NCBI RefSeq assembly: GCF_006345805.1
Contig: NC_042998.1
Location: forward strand, 27,528,001-27,592,000
Direction: 5' to 3'
Length of the DNA stretch: 64,000 nt
DNA from: Octopus sinensis
Lineage: Eukaryota
Shown: positions 39,232 through 52,088 of the stretch, one piece after another
Layout of the letters: the number at the start of each line of letters is the position of its first letter
How positions within the stretch are numbered: position 1 is the first letter of the stretch
Position numbers and translations under genes: made by a program
Notes under the pieces: generated by a model
Database searches by the model: none
Told to the model about the DNA's origin: nothing
Seen by the model: only the letters and a program-made list of their open reading frames with translations

Positions 39232-39266
39232 GTTTTTGAAGAAGAGCTTTGCTCGAAACGTAAAAC
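39232..39266 (+). ncRNA. Minimal type I hammerhead variant (U3, extra A after A9)
   Basis: GTTT-TTGAAGA-A-GAGC-TTT-GCTC-GAAA-CG-TA-AAAC. Confidence 0.55.
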
Positions 39267-39351
39267 CTCTTTTCTTTCCTTCCCTGAGCGTCTGCTAATA
39301 TTTTACATGTACCACGTCCTCGCGTTGTTGTTTTTTTGTGTTTGTTCTTCG

Positions 39352-39404
<53 letters not shown>

Positions 39405-39687
39405 CATAGTACTAGAAAGTGCCAGCTTTGCTAGAAATAGGAGTCAGATGTGCTCCGAAGCCACAGAAAGCTCACTGAAAACAAGTAAGGTGAAACGATG
39501 GATAAAAATTATAGCTCCTACCTTTGCGAAGGCCGCAAAAGAAAAGCTGGGACTTTCTAGTACTTTCTATATAAAAGTTGAGCAAAATTTAGATTCAAAT
39601 GAATTGTATGGTGTTATCCATATAAATCCATGGAGTGATTATAATCAAAATAAGCAACCGAAGTTATTCTTGTTGCTTATTTTGATT

Positions 39688-39721
<34 letters not shown>

Positions 39722-39899
39722 AACAAGTATGGTGAAACGGTGAATAAAAATCATAGCTCCTACCTTTGCGAAGGCTACAAAAGAAATGGCAGATATCGAT
39801 TCCGGGCTCTGTGCTAAAAACACTCATCCTTCTTCAGTTAAGTTTGCTGCAAAAAAGCGCAGAGCTCGTCAATAATAACTTATCTGTTATTTCTTTGGC

Positions 39900-40400
39900 A
39901 AAGGTAGGAGCTATAATTTTTGTTTACTGCCTGCTTTCATGAATATTTGTAGTATTTTGAGGATATGTGTTCATTTTCCCAACTCAGCACTGTATAGTTA
40001 AGCGGATTTGACACTGGTGTTGAATATTTTTGACTTAATAATTCTTCACAGAGAACGATCGCCTTCCAAACAATTGTTTAAATATTGAAGTCTTGACTTG
40101 CTATTCCAATTCCTGCCTTTACAATTTCCTCTGCATCTACAGGTACTGACTCCATGCTTCCTAGAAATCAGAAACCTTTCACTTCATTCAATATATGAGT
40201 CAGAGTCACCACTATTAATCTTTAGTATCACTATCTGTCCAACGTTAATCTCTTAGTCTAGTTTTCCGCTACAATTTCTGTTAGCTTGATTGTTTTTCTT
40301 CACTTGTCATGAACACGCTTGATATCGAGTAAATATTTACTGCCTCGGAAATATTCTAAACATTAGATAACCAGAAAGTGTGAGCAACAAATACTTCTGG
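39900..40400 (-). mobile_element. RTE LINE remnant
   Basis: Degenerate KIFNTSVKS...Y..ELGK (KIFNSNVKSVLLYG-like) segment. Confidence 0.5.
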
Positions 40401-40683
40401 GCCAAAGCCAAGAAAGAATCTATCACTCGACAATTGCCGGATATACATAAGGACGTTTGTCACGTCAAGTCTTGGACTGGAATCCTGTGGGGAAAGGTAA
40501 GCAAGACATTTGAAAAAGATGGAGGTGGGATGAAAAGAAAAACACACAGGACAGAAATCGTTGAAAAACTAGAGAGAGACTATGCTTCACTCATCAGGAA
40601 TCTGAATAGGCCATGGTAATTGTAACACACGCACATACGCATGCACGCACACACTCACGTAAGAAAAACATAGAACAAAAATG

Positions 40684-40920
40684 TGATCTTTTCATTTTGA
40701 CCGGCAGATTTTGTATTCACCTCAATAGACGTCATTGATTGAAATTGCCGAAATGCAAGAAATTTAGCAACAAATAGCTTACAAATTACAGAATTTTCTC
40801 AAGAAAGCCAAGAGAAAAAAGATGTTTTATGTAACACATTCTACCAGTATACGAAGTTTAAAAGTGTTTAGTTACAAAGAATTTATTTTAAAAATCTGCC
40901 GGTCAAAGTTAAAAGATCCC
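40684..40920. mobile_element. MITE with about 28-bp TIRs
   Basis: GATCTTTTCATTTTGACCGGCAGATTTT / AAAATCTGCCGGTCAAAGTTAAAAGATC; superfamily not assigned. Confidence 0.8.
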
Positions 40921-41816
40921 CAAAGTATCCCGTCAATTCGATGATGAAAATTCAGTTGTTTAGTCAACTGAATTACTTGCTCATTAAATTATCATGTAAG
41001 TAGCTGTGTATTCCGCAGACACGAGTCCCCTGAACGTCATATTCAAGCGGAATCAGTATGACACAGTGTGTGCCATGTTCAATCCATTCGGTTTCTATCT
41101 GCTCAGTTTCACTCCCTGGGTATGAGCCGACCCGAAGCCTACAGAAAATGCCACTTGCTCAAGGTGCAACGGCGTTAGATTGAGTCAATGACCTTTCAGC
41201 AATTTACCTAAACTGCATGCATGAATGTACGCATGTATATATATAGAATTGCAATTAACTGTAATACTGAAACGTACGTAGGAACTAATTATTTGTGCTA
41301 GTTTTTATCTAATTTTCCACTACATATGTTCTGTGTATCATAACTAACCCAGTGTTCGACAAGCCATTAAGAGTTGTAAATCTAACAGTACACACACGCA
41401 TACACACACACACATACACACAGAGAATATATATATATAACAAAGTTATTTTATTCCACACGTGTAGAAATATAGGAAAAATACAAGTTGAAAATGCACT
41501 GAGAATAGTTGAAATATTTTTTATTAATATATTTGAAGCTTTACCCGGTTTCACAATTTGCGCTGATTTTGAAAAAGTTCAAACAGAAAGACGTGGCTTA
41601 TGGCGCAGCTGTCTTGCTTCTGACTAGAGTTCGAAGTTTGCCCTGTTTTTATAGGCAGTTCATGGCTCAAATTAGTATATGTTTTGAGTAAGATTTGATT
41701 GGTAGAGGATAGTCACATGACTGATCTTAGAATTTTTTTAGGTTCCCCGCTACGTCCATGTGTGTTAGTATCAAGTGACAATGTTTGGCGTTGTAAGTTA
41801 AGTATATGTCCGGTCA

Positions 41817-41880
41817 TAGGATGACCAATAGTTTCGCATCTATAACGAGCTTATCTTTATGGATAACTCATCAGACCCTA
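41817..41880 (-). ncRNA. Type I hammerhead ribozyme
   Basis: TAGGGT-CTGATGA-G...C-GAAA-CTATTG-GTC-ATCCTA read as core, A-C/G-T stem III and GUC site; 6-bp stem I. Confidence 0.7.
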
Positions 41881-42316
41881 AAACCGAAGGCCACATAGTT
41901 CTTCAAACTTCGGAGAAATCCGCTGTGCCTATTATTGTAGTAGTCAACCCAGGCCGTAGTGTTGCTGCTGCTGTCGACGATGGTGCTGTGGCTGCCGTTG
42001 TTGATAATTTCCACATACATACATACATACATACATATATATGGAAATTATAGGAATAAATATTTCATAATTATAACGGAAATATTTTTTCCAAAGAGAC
42101 TAGCAGAGAGTTAAATGAAAGTACAAAATACAGTTTAGGTTAGAGTATTAATCTAATGATATAATATGTTCAGTTAAAACGAAGAGACATTTAAAAATAT
42201 AATTAAGCCGAAATACATGCTACACCATAAATACATACTTACATAAATGCGTACATATATAAATCTATGTATGTATCTGTCTATATATGTGTGCGTGTCT
42301 TCATATGTATTTAAGT

Positions 42317-42385
<69 letters not shown>

Positions 42386-42647
42386 GAGGTTACCGTGGTA
42401 TTTTCCGTAGGCTTTTCTTTCCACGGATAAACCTTATCTGCTTCCCCCTTTACACTTTACATCATGACATTTCTGTGATACACGATCCCTATTGATCGTT
42501 TTTTCCTTTTTATTTTTTTCTCTTTCTTTCCCTTTTACGATCCCTTTTGATCGAAAACCTACCTCACTTTTTTTTCTCCCCAAAAAGGAAAAGCTCTACT
42601 TTGTAATCTGTCCCGTCCGTGTGCAGCCCTGTGTGGCCAATAAAGAA

Positions 42648-42680
<33 letters not shown>

Positions 42681-43416
42681 TGTATGTTGTATGTATGTAT
42701 GTATGTATGTATGTATGTATGTATGTATGTATGTATATGTACATATATAAATGTGTCTTTGCATATGTGCATATTTACATTTCATCAACCAGAGCACAAG
42801 AGAAATATTTGTTCAAATAGGTATTTGTAAATCCTATCAGCATTATATACATTAGCTATCGTAAAGCAAACTGCCAGGTATTTACTGCTGTGTAAACAAA
42901 GCAGAAATTTTATAAGTTTCGGGAAATATTTTCTAAGTGAAGATATACAGCATCGAAAATGCTCTTCTGTTTCGAGTTTTTGATTTACAGTATTGGAGTT
43001 GAACCGGTAGACGTTCCTTGAATAATAGATCGTGAATGCGTTTATGCGTAAAGTCTACAAAAAAGGACTCAGTAAAGCCTTTTTAGGGTTTGGGAATAAT
43101 GCTGCGTGTAATACACAGACGTACACACATGCATAAAGAGAGAAAGAGAGAGAGAGAGAGAGAAAGAAAGCGAGGTAGAAAGAAAGAGAAAGATAGAGAG
43201 AAAAACAGTGAGAGATAGATAGATGAATAGATAGAGATAGAGAAAGATAGTGATAAATGGATAGAGAGAGAAAGAGAGACACAGAAAGGGAGGGAAAAGT
43301 GAGAAAGATAGATAGAAAGAAAGAGAGAGAGAGAAGAGAGAGAGAGAGCGCTGATACCAAGTGACATTTGGAAATGCATAAAGTTATATAGAGTGTATAA
43401 AGTACACGTTTCATAC

Positions 43417-43459
<43 letters not shown>

Positions 43460-43503
43460 TTTTTTACCGCATTTTCGTTTTTTATTTTTTTACTTTTCTA
43501 TCA

Positions 43504-44078
43504 TGCGATGCCTGATAAAAAGTACCGGGACTGTTACTATGGTAACGATACTAAATAGCTCTGAGTAAAGTCGCTTGGCACAGATTGACATTGAACTCTA
43601 TCGCGCTTGCATACTAAGTCATGGTATTCTCGCGCACTTCTCTTGTTTATAGCAGTACTTGGAAGTAAAGTGTGTAGAGTGTGGTCGTTTCAAAAAGAAG
43701 ATCAGGTTTCTGCAGCGCAGGATCTTCTTCATTGTGTCGAAGAAGGCGGAAACTTTTTGAAGACAGGTAATGAATCGTGGGTCTATGGTCATGGCTTCAA
43801 AATCAAGGCTCAATCTTCGCGATGGAAGACCCTCAACAAAATTTCAAGATATCGAGGAAATCCTAAAGAATGCGACCAGGCATTTTTGGATAGCTGTTCG
43901 CTATCCCTAAAACAGGAGTTCCAGGAATGCTTCCATCAATGGAAACGACGCTGGATAAAGTGTGTGGCTCCAGAAGGGGACTACTTCGAAGGAAATTAAA
44001 CGCCGAATTGTTGTGTTGTAGTTTTCTTTTTATAGTTGTGATACTTTTTGACCTTGAACTTTTTGATCAGACCTCGTA
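43504..44078 (+). mobile_element. Internally deleted mariner element
   Basis: TGNESWVYG and FQECFHQWKRRWIKCVAPEGDYFEG motifs; right TIR ACTTTTTGATCAGACCTCGTA; degenerate left TIR. Confidence 0.88.
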
Positions 44079-44102
44079 TACATACATACATACGTGCACG
44101 TG

Positions 44103-44129
<27 letters not shown>

Positions 44130-44133
<4 letters not shown>

Positions 44134-44635
44134 AGTCAACCTCGGTGGAATTTGAACTCAGAACGTAAAGACGAATGAAATGCTACTAAGAATTTTGGCT
44201 GACTTGCTAATGATTCTTATTTCTTTACTGCCCACAAGGGGATACACACAGAGGGGACAAACAAGGACAGACAAACAGATTAAGTCGATTACATATACAC
44301 CAGTGCGTAACTGGTACTTATTTAAACGACCCCAAAAAGATGAAAGGCAAAGTCGACCTCGGCGGAATTTGAACTCAGAACGTAACGGCAGATGAAATAT
44401 ATATTTCTTTACTACCCACAAGGAGCTAAACACAGAGAGGACAAACAAGGACAGACAAACGGATTAAGTTGATTACATCGAACCCAGTGCGTAACTGGTA
44501 CTTAGTTTATCGACTCCGAAAGAATGAAAGGCAAAGTCGACCTCGGCGAAATTTGAACTCAGAACGTAACGGCAGATGAAATACGGCTAAGTATTTCGCC
44601 CGGTGTGCTAACGTTTCTGCCAGCTCGCCGCCTTC
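44130..44635 (-). mobile_element. SINE family A with head and tandem bodies
   Basis: Head at about 44580-44635; body motif repeated three times. Confidence 0.88.
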
Positions 44636-45494
44636 ACGCAACAGCAGCTATTGGGATATATGAAATACTTGACCGAGAAAGAACAGCTTTTTTGGTATTA
44701 AAACTGAAGTCAATTTAAAAAAAAAATATTTAAGCTATTTTTTCTTTCTATTTTCCTTCTTTAAATAGCAAAGTGAACTAGATCTCAATTTCTTCTAAAG
44801 TGCTTTTTTTCTCGTTGGACTAATCACAATTTTCCTTTCCCTCGTTGGTCATTATAGCGATCTGAGAAGATCAAAGAAAAGAGGTCAATGGAATATTACG
44901 TACAACTGACAAGAAGATTAGAAATTGCTGTAAAGATGGGAAATGTTTTCATACACATGTTGTTATCTTTGATTTGTTTTTTTTCCCCTTCACTCTAGCT
45001 GCCGTTCATGATTTCAGGTTTGGATAAAATTTGTGAGTAGACTGTTATTTCATTAATGGTTGATATTTCTGCGGTTTTTTTTATCGTTTCTTTTCTGTAA
45101 TTAGACTGTATAGAGCCAACCATTAAAATAGATAAAATAATTAAATTGCTAGCGCCCACTAAAGGAAATAAACAGCTGTCAATTCCAAAAATGGGAGGAA
45201 GAATTCTTTCCTTTCTTGGTAAAAGTCATAGCTTTCAGTTTATTGAACTGAAGCCGAGTGAAGGAAAATAAAATATAAAATTTCGTTAATCAATATAGAT
45301 AAAAAATGTCTGACAAGATAAGAAAACTTTCGCAGCCAGAGAAGAAAAAAAACCCAACTAACATCAAAAAGAGTAAAAAAAAAACACACACCTGGATCCA
45401 GTAGAGAAATGCTTTGAGTTCCAAACACACAAGAAGGATTTCAAAACCATCTATAATGGTTTCAAATTTTGGATCATAGGCATTAAGTTCGTGG

Positions 45495-46200
45495 ATTACA
45501 TCAACCCCCGGTGGTCAACTCGTACTTAATTTATCGACCCCGAAAGGATGAAAGATAAAAGTAGAACTCGGCGGAATTTGAACTCAGAACGTAAAGACTG
45601 ACGAAATACCTATTTCTTTACTGCCCACAAGGGGCTAAACACAGAGGGGACAAACAAAGACAGACAAAGGGATTAAGTCGATTACATCGACCTCAGTGCG
45701 TAACTGGTACTTAATTTATCGACCCCGAAAGGATGAAAGGCAAAGTTGACCTCCGCGGAATTTGAATTCAGAACGTAACTGCAGACGAAATACCTATTTC
45801 TTTACTACCCACAAGGGGCTAAAAACAGAGAGGACAAACAAGGACAGACAAAGGGATTAAGTCGATTACATCGACCTCAGTGCGTAACTGGTACTTAATT
45901 TATCGACCCCGAAAGGATGAAAGGCAAAGTCGACCTCGGCGGAATTTGAACTCAGGACGTAACGGCAGACGAAATACCTATTTCTTTACTACCCACAAGG
46001 GGCTAAACATAGAGGGACAAACAAGGACAGACAAACGGATTAAGTCGAAAACATCGTAACTGGTACTTAGTTTATCGACCCCGAAAGGATAAAAGGCAAA
46101 GTCGACCTCGGCGGAATTTGAACTCACAACGTAGCGGCAGACGAAATACCGCTAAGCATTTCGTCCGGCGCGCTGACGTTTCTGCCAGCTCGCCGTCTTA
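45495..46200 (-). mobile_element. SINE family A: one head and four tandem bodies
   Basis: Junction GAAATACCTATTTC at 45603, 45787 and 45971 (184-bp period); head at 46143-46200. Confidence 0.92.
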
Positions 46201-47096
46201 AAGCCAGCCACAATGAAATGGCACAGATCATGTCTTCTGTGCTGTAGTATTTCATTACGAACAACGACAGATGTGTGTATACAGTTGCACCATTAGATGG
46301 TGCTTCAACGAATTTGTAATTTGCGGTAGAGCTTAAGTCTCAAATTCCCATTTAATGAAACCAAACTTTGCTTTCAAGAATCAGTTTGACGAATAGTTCA
46401 AACAGAAGGACTACGATTCCTGTCAGAATGTTAGTTCTCAAACGAATCCAGATCTTACCCTAATTTTCGACCTCTAATAATGCAGGCTGTCTTAGAAGAT
46501 TAAATGGAACGCAAACATCGTTTTGAAATGCTGAGAAGATTTAGAGGCGGCGGCAATAACGATACGATGCCTAATTAACCAAACTGTTGGAACAATCATT
46601 CAGCTCTATAGAAGCGCCACATTTACCAAAGAGCATATATTCTTAACAATAACACCTTACTAACCCTAGGCTGGCAATGTAACTAGGAGATATGGCGGCG
46701 AGCTGGCAGAATCGTTAGTACGCCGCGCAAAATGTTTACAAACTGAGTTCAAATTCCGCCGAGGTCGACGTTGTATTTCATCCTTCCGGGTTCGATAAAA
46801 TAAGTTCGAGTTGAGCACTGAGGTCGATGTAATGACTTACTCCTCCCCCAAAACTGCTGGCGTTGTGCCAAAATTTGAAACCAATAGATAGATTTCGTTA
46901 TTAGGCTACGCGGGGCCGAACACATAGGGGACAATACGATGTAGAATTTTTCGTTTCAAAACCGATCAATAGGGATCGAAAACGTTTTGGGACGTGTACA
47001 TAAAGAACCATTATCGGTAAACTTATACAAAAATTCTATAATTATAAGTATAATATAATTAGGGAGGAATACGAGATCTCATTCTTCTGTATATGC

Positions 47097-47144
<48 letters not shown>

Positions 47145-47164
47145 ATTTTTGTAGGTATATATAT

Positions 47165-47213
<49 letters not shown>

Positions 47214-47309
47214 TATAAATGAGGGTGAAAAATTTGATATTAATTTAATAATACCATCAATTTAACACCAAGTGGCTTAGCACCTAAAACTAGGGAGATA
47301 ATACAAATT

Positions 47310-47721
47310 TATACATAAATTATAAGAGAGTTACCACTATGTGGATAGCTCTAGTGCTAAAAATAGCTCCGTTACTAGTATAGCCACAGAAAGATGTCTC
47401 CAAGAAGAAATAACATTACATTTAACGGAAGGAAAGTGAAATATAACGAAAAAATAGATTAACCCTGAACAATTGTTTCATTATTAATGTAATATGTAAT
47501 TTTACTTACATAGACATCTATAAATCATCGGCAGAGGTTTGTCTTAAATACAATTTATTAGATCCTCACGAGCGTCAAATACACGTCAAATTCACTTTCC
47601 TTCCGTTAAATGTAATGTTATTTCTTCTTGGAGACATCTTTCTGTGGCTATACTAGTAACGGAGCTATTTTTAGCACTAGAGCTATCCACATAGGGGTAA
47701 CTCTCTTATAATTTATGTATA
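47310..47721. repeat. Inverted repeat, arms 47310-47440 and 47591-47721, 150-bp spacer
   Basis: Arms are near-perfect reverse complements; flanked by (TA)n and (TATG)n. Confidence 0.95.
47463..47536 (-). ncRNA. Hammerhead-like motif (CCGATGA core) in the inverted-repeat spacer
   Basis: CTCTG-CCGATGA-TTTAT...ATAAT-GAAA-CAATTG-TT-CAGGG. Confidence 0.5.
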
Positions 47722-48258
47722 TATATATATGTATATATATATGTGTATGTATGTATGTATGTATGTATGTATGTATGTATGTATATATGTATGTATATAT
47801 ATGTATGTATGTATATATATGTATGTATGTATATATATATATATATATGTGTATATATATATGTATGTATGTGTATATATATATGTGTATATATATATAT
47901 GTATGTATGTGTATATATATATATATATATGTATGTGTATATATATATGTATGTGTATATATATATATATATATGTGTGTATATATATATATGTATGTAT
48001 GTGTGTATATATAGATATATATATATATCTAATTAACAATTTAATAATTTCTTGTTAAGATCCCTTATTAAGAGATTATCCTTAATTGTTAAACTTATTC
48101 CGAAATACTTTTCATTACCCGACATGCAGTTCGTAAAAAGCCCGCCATTTACCGGATATATGATTTATAAACATTCCATGTGCTTGGCCGGAGTAGGCAG
48201 TTGTCTGTTCGTCTTCGCTACGTAAGGTTGGTCGTTTATTAATGATGTGTTCAGAATC

Positions 48259-48316
48259 AGTTCTGCTGATGATCATAAGACGTAAGTTGAATGTGAAATC
48301 ACGGTGATACAGAACT
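48259..48316 (+). ncRNA. Type I hammerhead ribozyme
   Basis: AGTTCTG-CTGATGA-TCAT...ATGT-GAAA-TCACGGTGA-TA-CAGAACT; perfect 7-bp stem I. Confidence 0.78.
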
Positions 48317-48480
48317 AAATTCATTTTTAAATGTCTTGCTTTGAAAAACTGCATTTAGGTATGATTCGTATAATTTTGGTAGTAATGACTTTGTCCCTCT
48401 TAGTGTGAGGCATTTATGTGTAATAATGCCCTCTATACAATATATATATATATATATATATATGGTATATATATATTATG

Positions 48481-48529
<49 letters not shown>

Positions 48530-48590
48530 ATATCTATATATGTGTGTGTATATATATATGTATTGTGGTATGAATATATATGTATGTGTG

Positions 48591-48634
<44 letters not shown>

Positions 48635-48649
48635 TTATGCGTTTCAGCC

Positions 48650-48880
48650 AATGGTTGGGACTTTACTGGACACAGCCAGTTGATATTTCAAATTTTGGCA
48701 CAAGGCCAGCAATTTCGGGGCTGGAGTTGTCAGTAACATCGACTCCAGAATTAAACTGCTACTTATTTTGTCGACCCCGAAAGGATGAAAGGCAAAGTCA
48801 ACACCGGCAGAATTTGAACTCAGAAGGTAACCGGACTAAATGCCAGTTAGAATTTGGTTCGGCGTGCTAACATTTCTGCC
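48650..48880 (-). mobile_element. SINE family A-related copy
   Basis: TCGACCCCGAAAGGATGAAAGGCAAAGTC...GAATTTGAACTCAGAA body. Confidence 0.75.
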
Positions 48881-48948
48881 TGTTCCAGTGTGTGTATGTG
48901 CTTGTACGCACATGTGAGTGTGTATTTATGTTTTTTTTAGCATGTACA

Positions 48949-49238
48949 GTGAAGGCACGTGGCTTATTGGTTAGGGCATTCGGCTCACGATCGTAAGGTC
49001 GTGAGTTCAATTCCCAGCGACGCATTGTCTCCTTGAGCAAGACACTTTATTTCACGTTGCTGCAGTCCACTCCGCTGGAAAAGTTAGTAGTACCTGTATT
49101 TCAAAAGGCCAGCTTTGTCATTCTGTCTCACGCTGAAATTCCCAGTGAACTACGTTAAGGGTACGCTCAGCCACTTGCACGTTAATTTCTTGAGCAGATC
49201 AACTGGAACCCTCGTCGTCGTAACCGACGGAGTGCCAG
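48949..49238 (+). mobile_element. SINE family C
   Basis: Homologous to 1146-1459. Confidence 0.85.
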
Positions 49239-49308
49239 TATGCCCAGTGTAAATAAAGGGTAATGTGTTGTAGCTTTTACATCATAAAAGTTAGGTAACT
49301 CTCTAAAG

Positions 49309-49905
49309 TAGTGCTCCGCAACCTTTTTTCATTTGCGGTACTCTTCGCTCTTTTGCTCTTTTACTTGTTTCTGTCATTTGACTGTGCCCATGCTGGAGCA
49401 CCGCCTTTAGTCGAGCAAATCGACCCCAGGACTTATTCTTTGTAAGCCTAGTACTTATTCTATCGGTCTCTTTTGCCGAACCGCTAAGTTACGGGCACGT
49501 AAACACACCACCATCAGTTGTCAAGCGATGTTGGGGGTTCAAACACACACACACATACACACACACACACATATACATATATACGACGGGAGTTCTTTCA
49601 GTTTCCGTCTACCAAATCCACTCACAAGGCTTTGGTCGGCCCGAGGCTATAGTAGAAGACACTTGCCCAAGGTGCCACGCAGTGGGACTGAACCCGGCAC
49701 CATGTGGTTGGTAAGCAAGCTACTTAACACACAGCCACTTCTGCGCTTATACTCTTATGCTCTTTTCAAAATTCGGCGGCACACCTGGATTAAAATTGTA
49801 ACTAAAAATATAGGAAAAGAAATAATATTCAGGTTACACTGTAGCACACCTAGCATCGTTTCCTGGCGCACCAATGTGCCGCGGCATACCGGTTGCGGAG
49901 CACTG
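49309..49905. mobile_element. hAT MITE carrying a nested family B SINE (49345-49748, minus)
   Basis: TIRs (T/C)AGTGCTCCGCAACC; 8-bp TSD CTCTAAAG at 49301-49308 and 49906-49913. Confidence 0.9.
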
Positions 49906-50549
49906 CTCTAAAGGGAAGTATTTCGGTTAAACTCAAGCGATTTCACAAATATATATTGTTACAATTAGCACGAAAATCTCTAAAAGATTTAATATCATTA
50001 AAGAAGTTTCTTTATTGGCCACACAGGGCTGCACACAGATGGGACAAGTTACAAGGTAGAGCTTTTCTTTTGGGGGATGAAAAAAAAACAAAAACAAAAA
50101 AAAGGGGTGGCGTAGGTTTTCGATCAAGAGGGATCGTAAAAGGGAAGAAAAGAACAAAAAATAAAAAATAAAATAAAAAATAAAAAAATAAAAATAAAAA
50201 AGCAATGTTCTAACATGGCCACAGTCAAATAGATGAACATATTAAAAGAATAAAACAAATTTACAGACTTAGCCAGTTGCTTTTCTGAAGATTGCAAAAA
50301 GATATTGTTTAGTATTACAAATGCATTGAACAATGGCGTTTTGACGACATATTGTTTGGCGATTTCACTGACAGTATTCTTTAGTCTAGACGCTGTGGCG
50401 ACCATTTGTAAAAGCAAATGTAATTTATTGAAACGTACGTAATAACATTTTACTGAATTCGCTTCATCGTTTGTTAACTTCGATAACCTCACAACTCAAA
50501 TATGATACAATCTAATGAACGAACAACACACTCTCACAGAGCTTACACT

Positions 50550-50580
<31 letters not shown>

Positions 50581-50981
50581 CATATACGTCTGTATATATA
50601 TACACATACACGCACAAATACATATACACAGGCATACACACATATACATGAACACATATATGCATGTATGGATTTATGCATGTGTGTGTATGCATGAATA
50701 TATATGCGTGTGTACTGCTGCAAAATTTGTCGTGTTGTCTTTGTTCGCAATATTCCAGTAACCATATTTAAAAGAATGCTGCTAATTACACATACGTATA
50801 TCCCTACCACCACGCGTGCATAAACATACACAATACACACATAAATATCTATATGCAAATTTATGTAACAAAGCGCTGCATATATATATATATATTATTG
50901 CCTGCCATGTGTATACATCCGTGGAGCCCAGAAGGCTGCCATTGCAACTGTCATAAATAAGATTCTTTTAATAGACAGGAC

Positions 50982-51021
<40 letters not shown>

Positions 51022-51030
51022 TATATATAT

Positions 51031-51362
51031 ATGCGCAGGAGTGGCTGTGTGGTAAGTTGCTTGCTTACCAACCACATGGTTCCGGGTTCAGTCCCACTGC
51101 GTAGCACCTTGGATAAGTGTCTTCTGCTATAGCCTCGGGCCGTCCAAAGCCTTGGGGGTGGATTTGGTAGACGGAAACTGAAAGAAGCCTGTCGCATATA
51201 TATATATATATGCGCAGGAGTGGCTGTGTGGTAAGTAGCTTGCTTACCAACCACAGGGATTCAGTCCCACTGCGTGGCACCTTGGGTAAGTGTCTTCTAC
51301 TATACCCTCGAACCGACCAAAGCCTGTGAGTGGATTTGGTAGACGGAAACTGAAATAACCCG

Positions 51363-51414
<52 letters not shown>

Positions 51415-51612
51415 GTCTCTGTTTGTCCCTCGAACATCGCTTGACAACCGATGCTGGTGTTTACATCACCATAATTTAGCGGTTCGGCAAAAAACAAAAC
51501 AAAACTATAGAATAAGCACTAGACTTAAAAAGAATAAGTCCTGGGGTCAATTTGCTCGACTATAGGCAGTGCTCCAGCATGGCCGCAGTCAAATGACTGA
51601 AACAAATAAAAG
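51031..51612 (+). mobile_element. Tandem SINE family B: head plus near full copy
   Basis: Heads at 51031 and 51211 separated by (TA)n. Confidence 0.88.
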
Positions 51613-52036
51613 AGAAGAATGTGTGTAGTTGCATATATATGTAAATGTTGGAGGGTTGTTAGAAACCCTGCAGAACTAAAAAAACAAGACCTGTCAAAAG
51701 GACGGATGAACCTAGCGTAAGCTCAACGACTATCTAGCAATAGCCTGAACCCTTAGAAATTCCGAGTTCGTGGGGACTGAGGCACATCTGAGCTTTTGTT
51801 AAAGCATGTCTCTAGGAGAAGGCCACTCTTATATGAAACCAAATATACGGTGAATGGCATTGGACATGACTTAGCGGTTCGGCAAAAAAACCCCGATAGA
51901 ATAAGTACTGGGCCTACAAGGAAAACGTCCTGGCGTCGATTCCTTCGACTAAAATCTTTTAAGGTGGTGCTCCAGCTTGTCCGCAGTCAAATGACTGAAA
52001 TAGCCATAAGAATAAAAGAGCATGAATATGTGTGTG

Positions 52037-52088
<52 letters not shown>

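Noticed and set aside
39790-39842. CTGAAGA-A-GG...CC-GGAA-TCGA-TA on the minus strand
   Set aside because: A13 is mutated and stem I is absent. Probably a dead relic, so not called as a feature.
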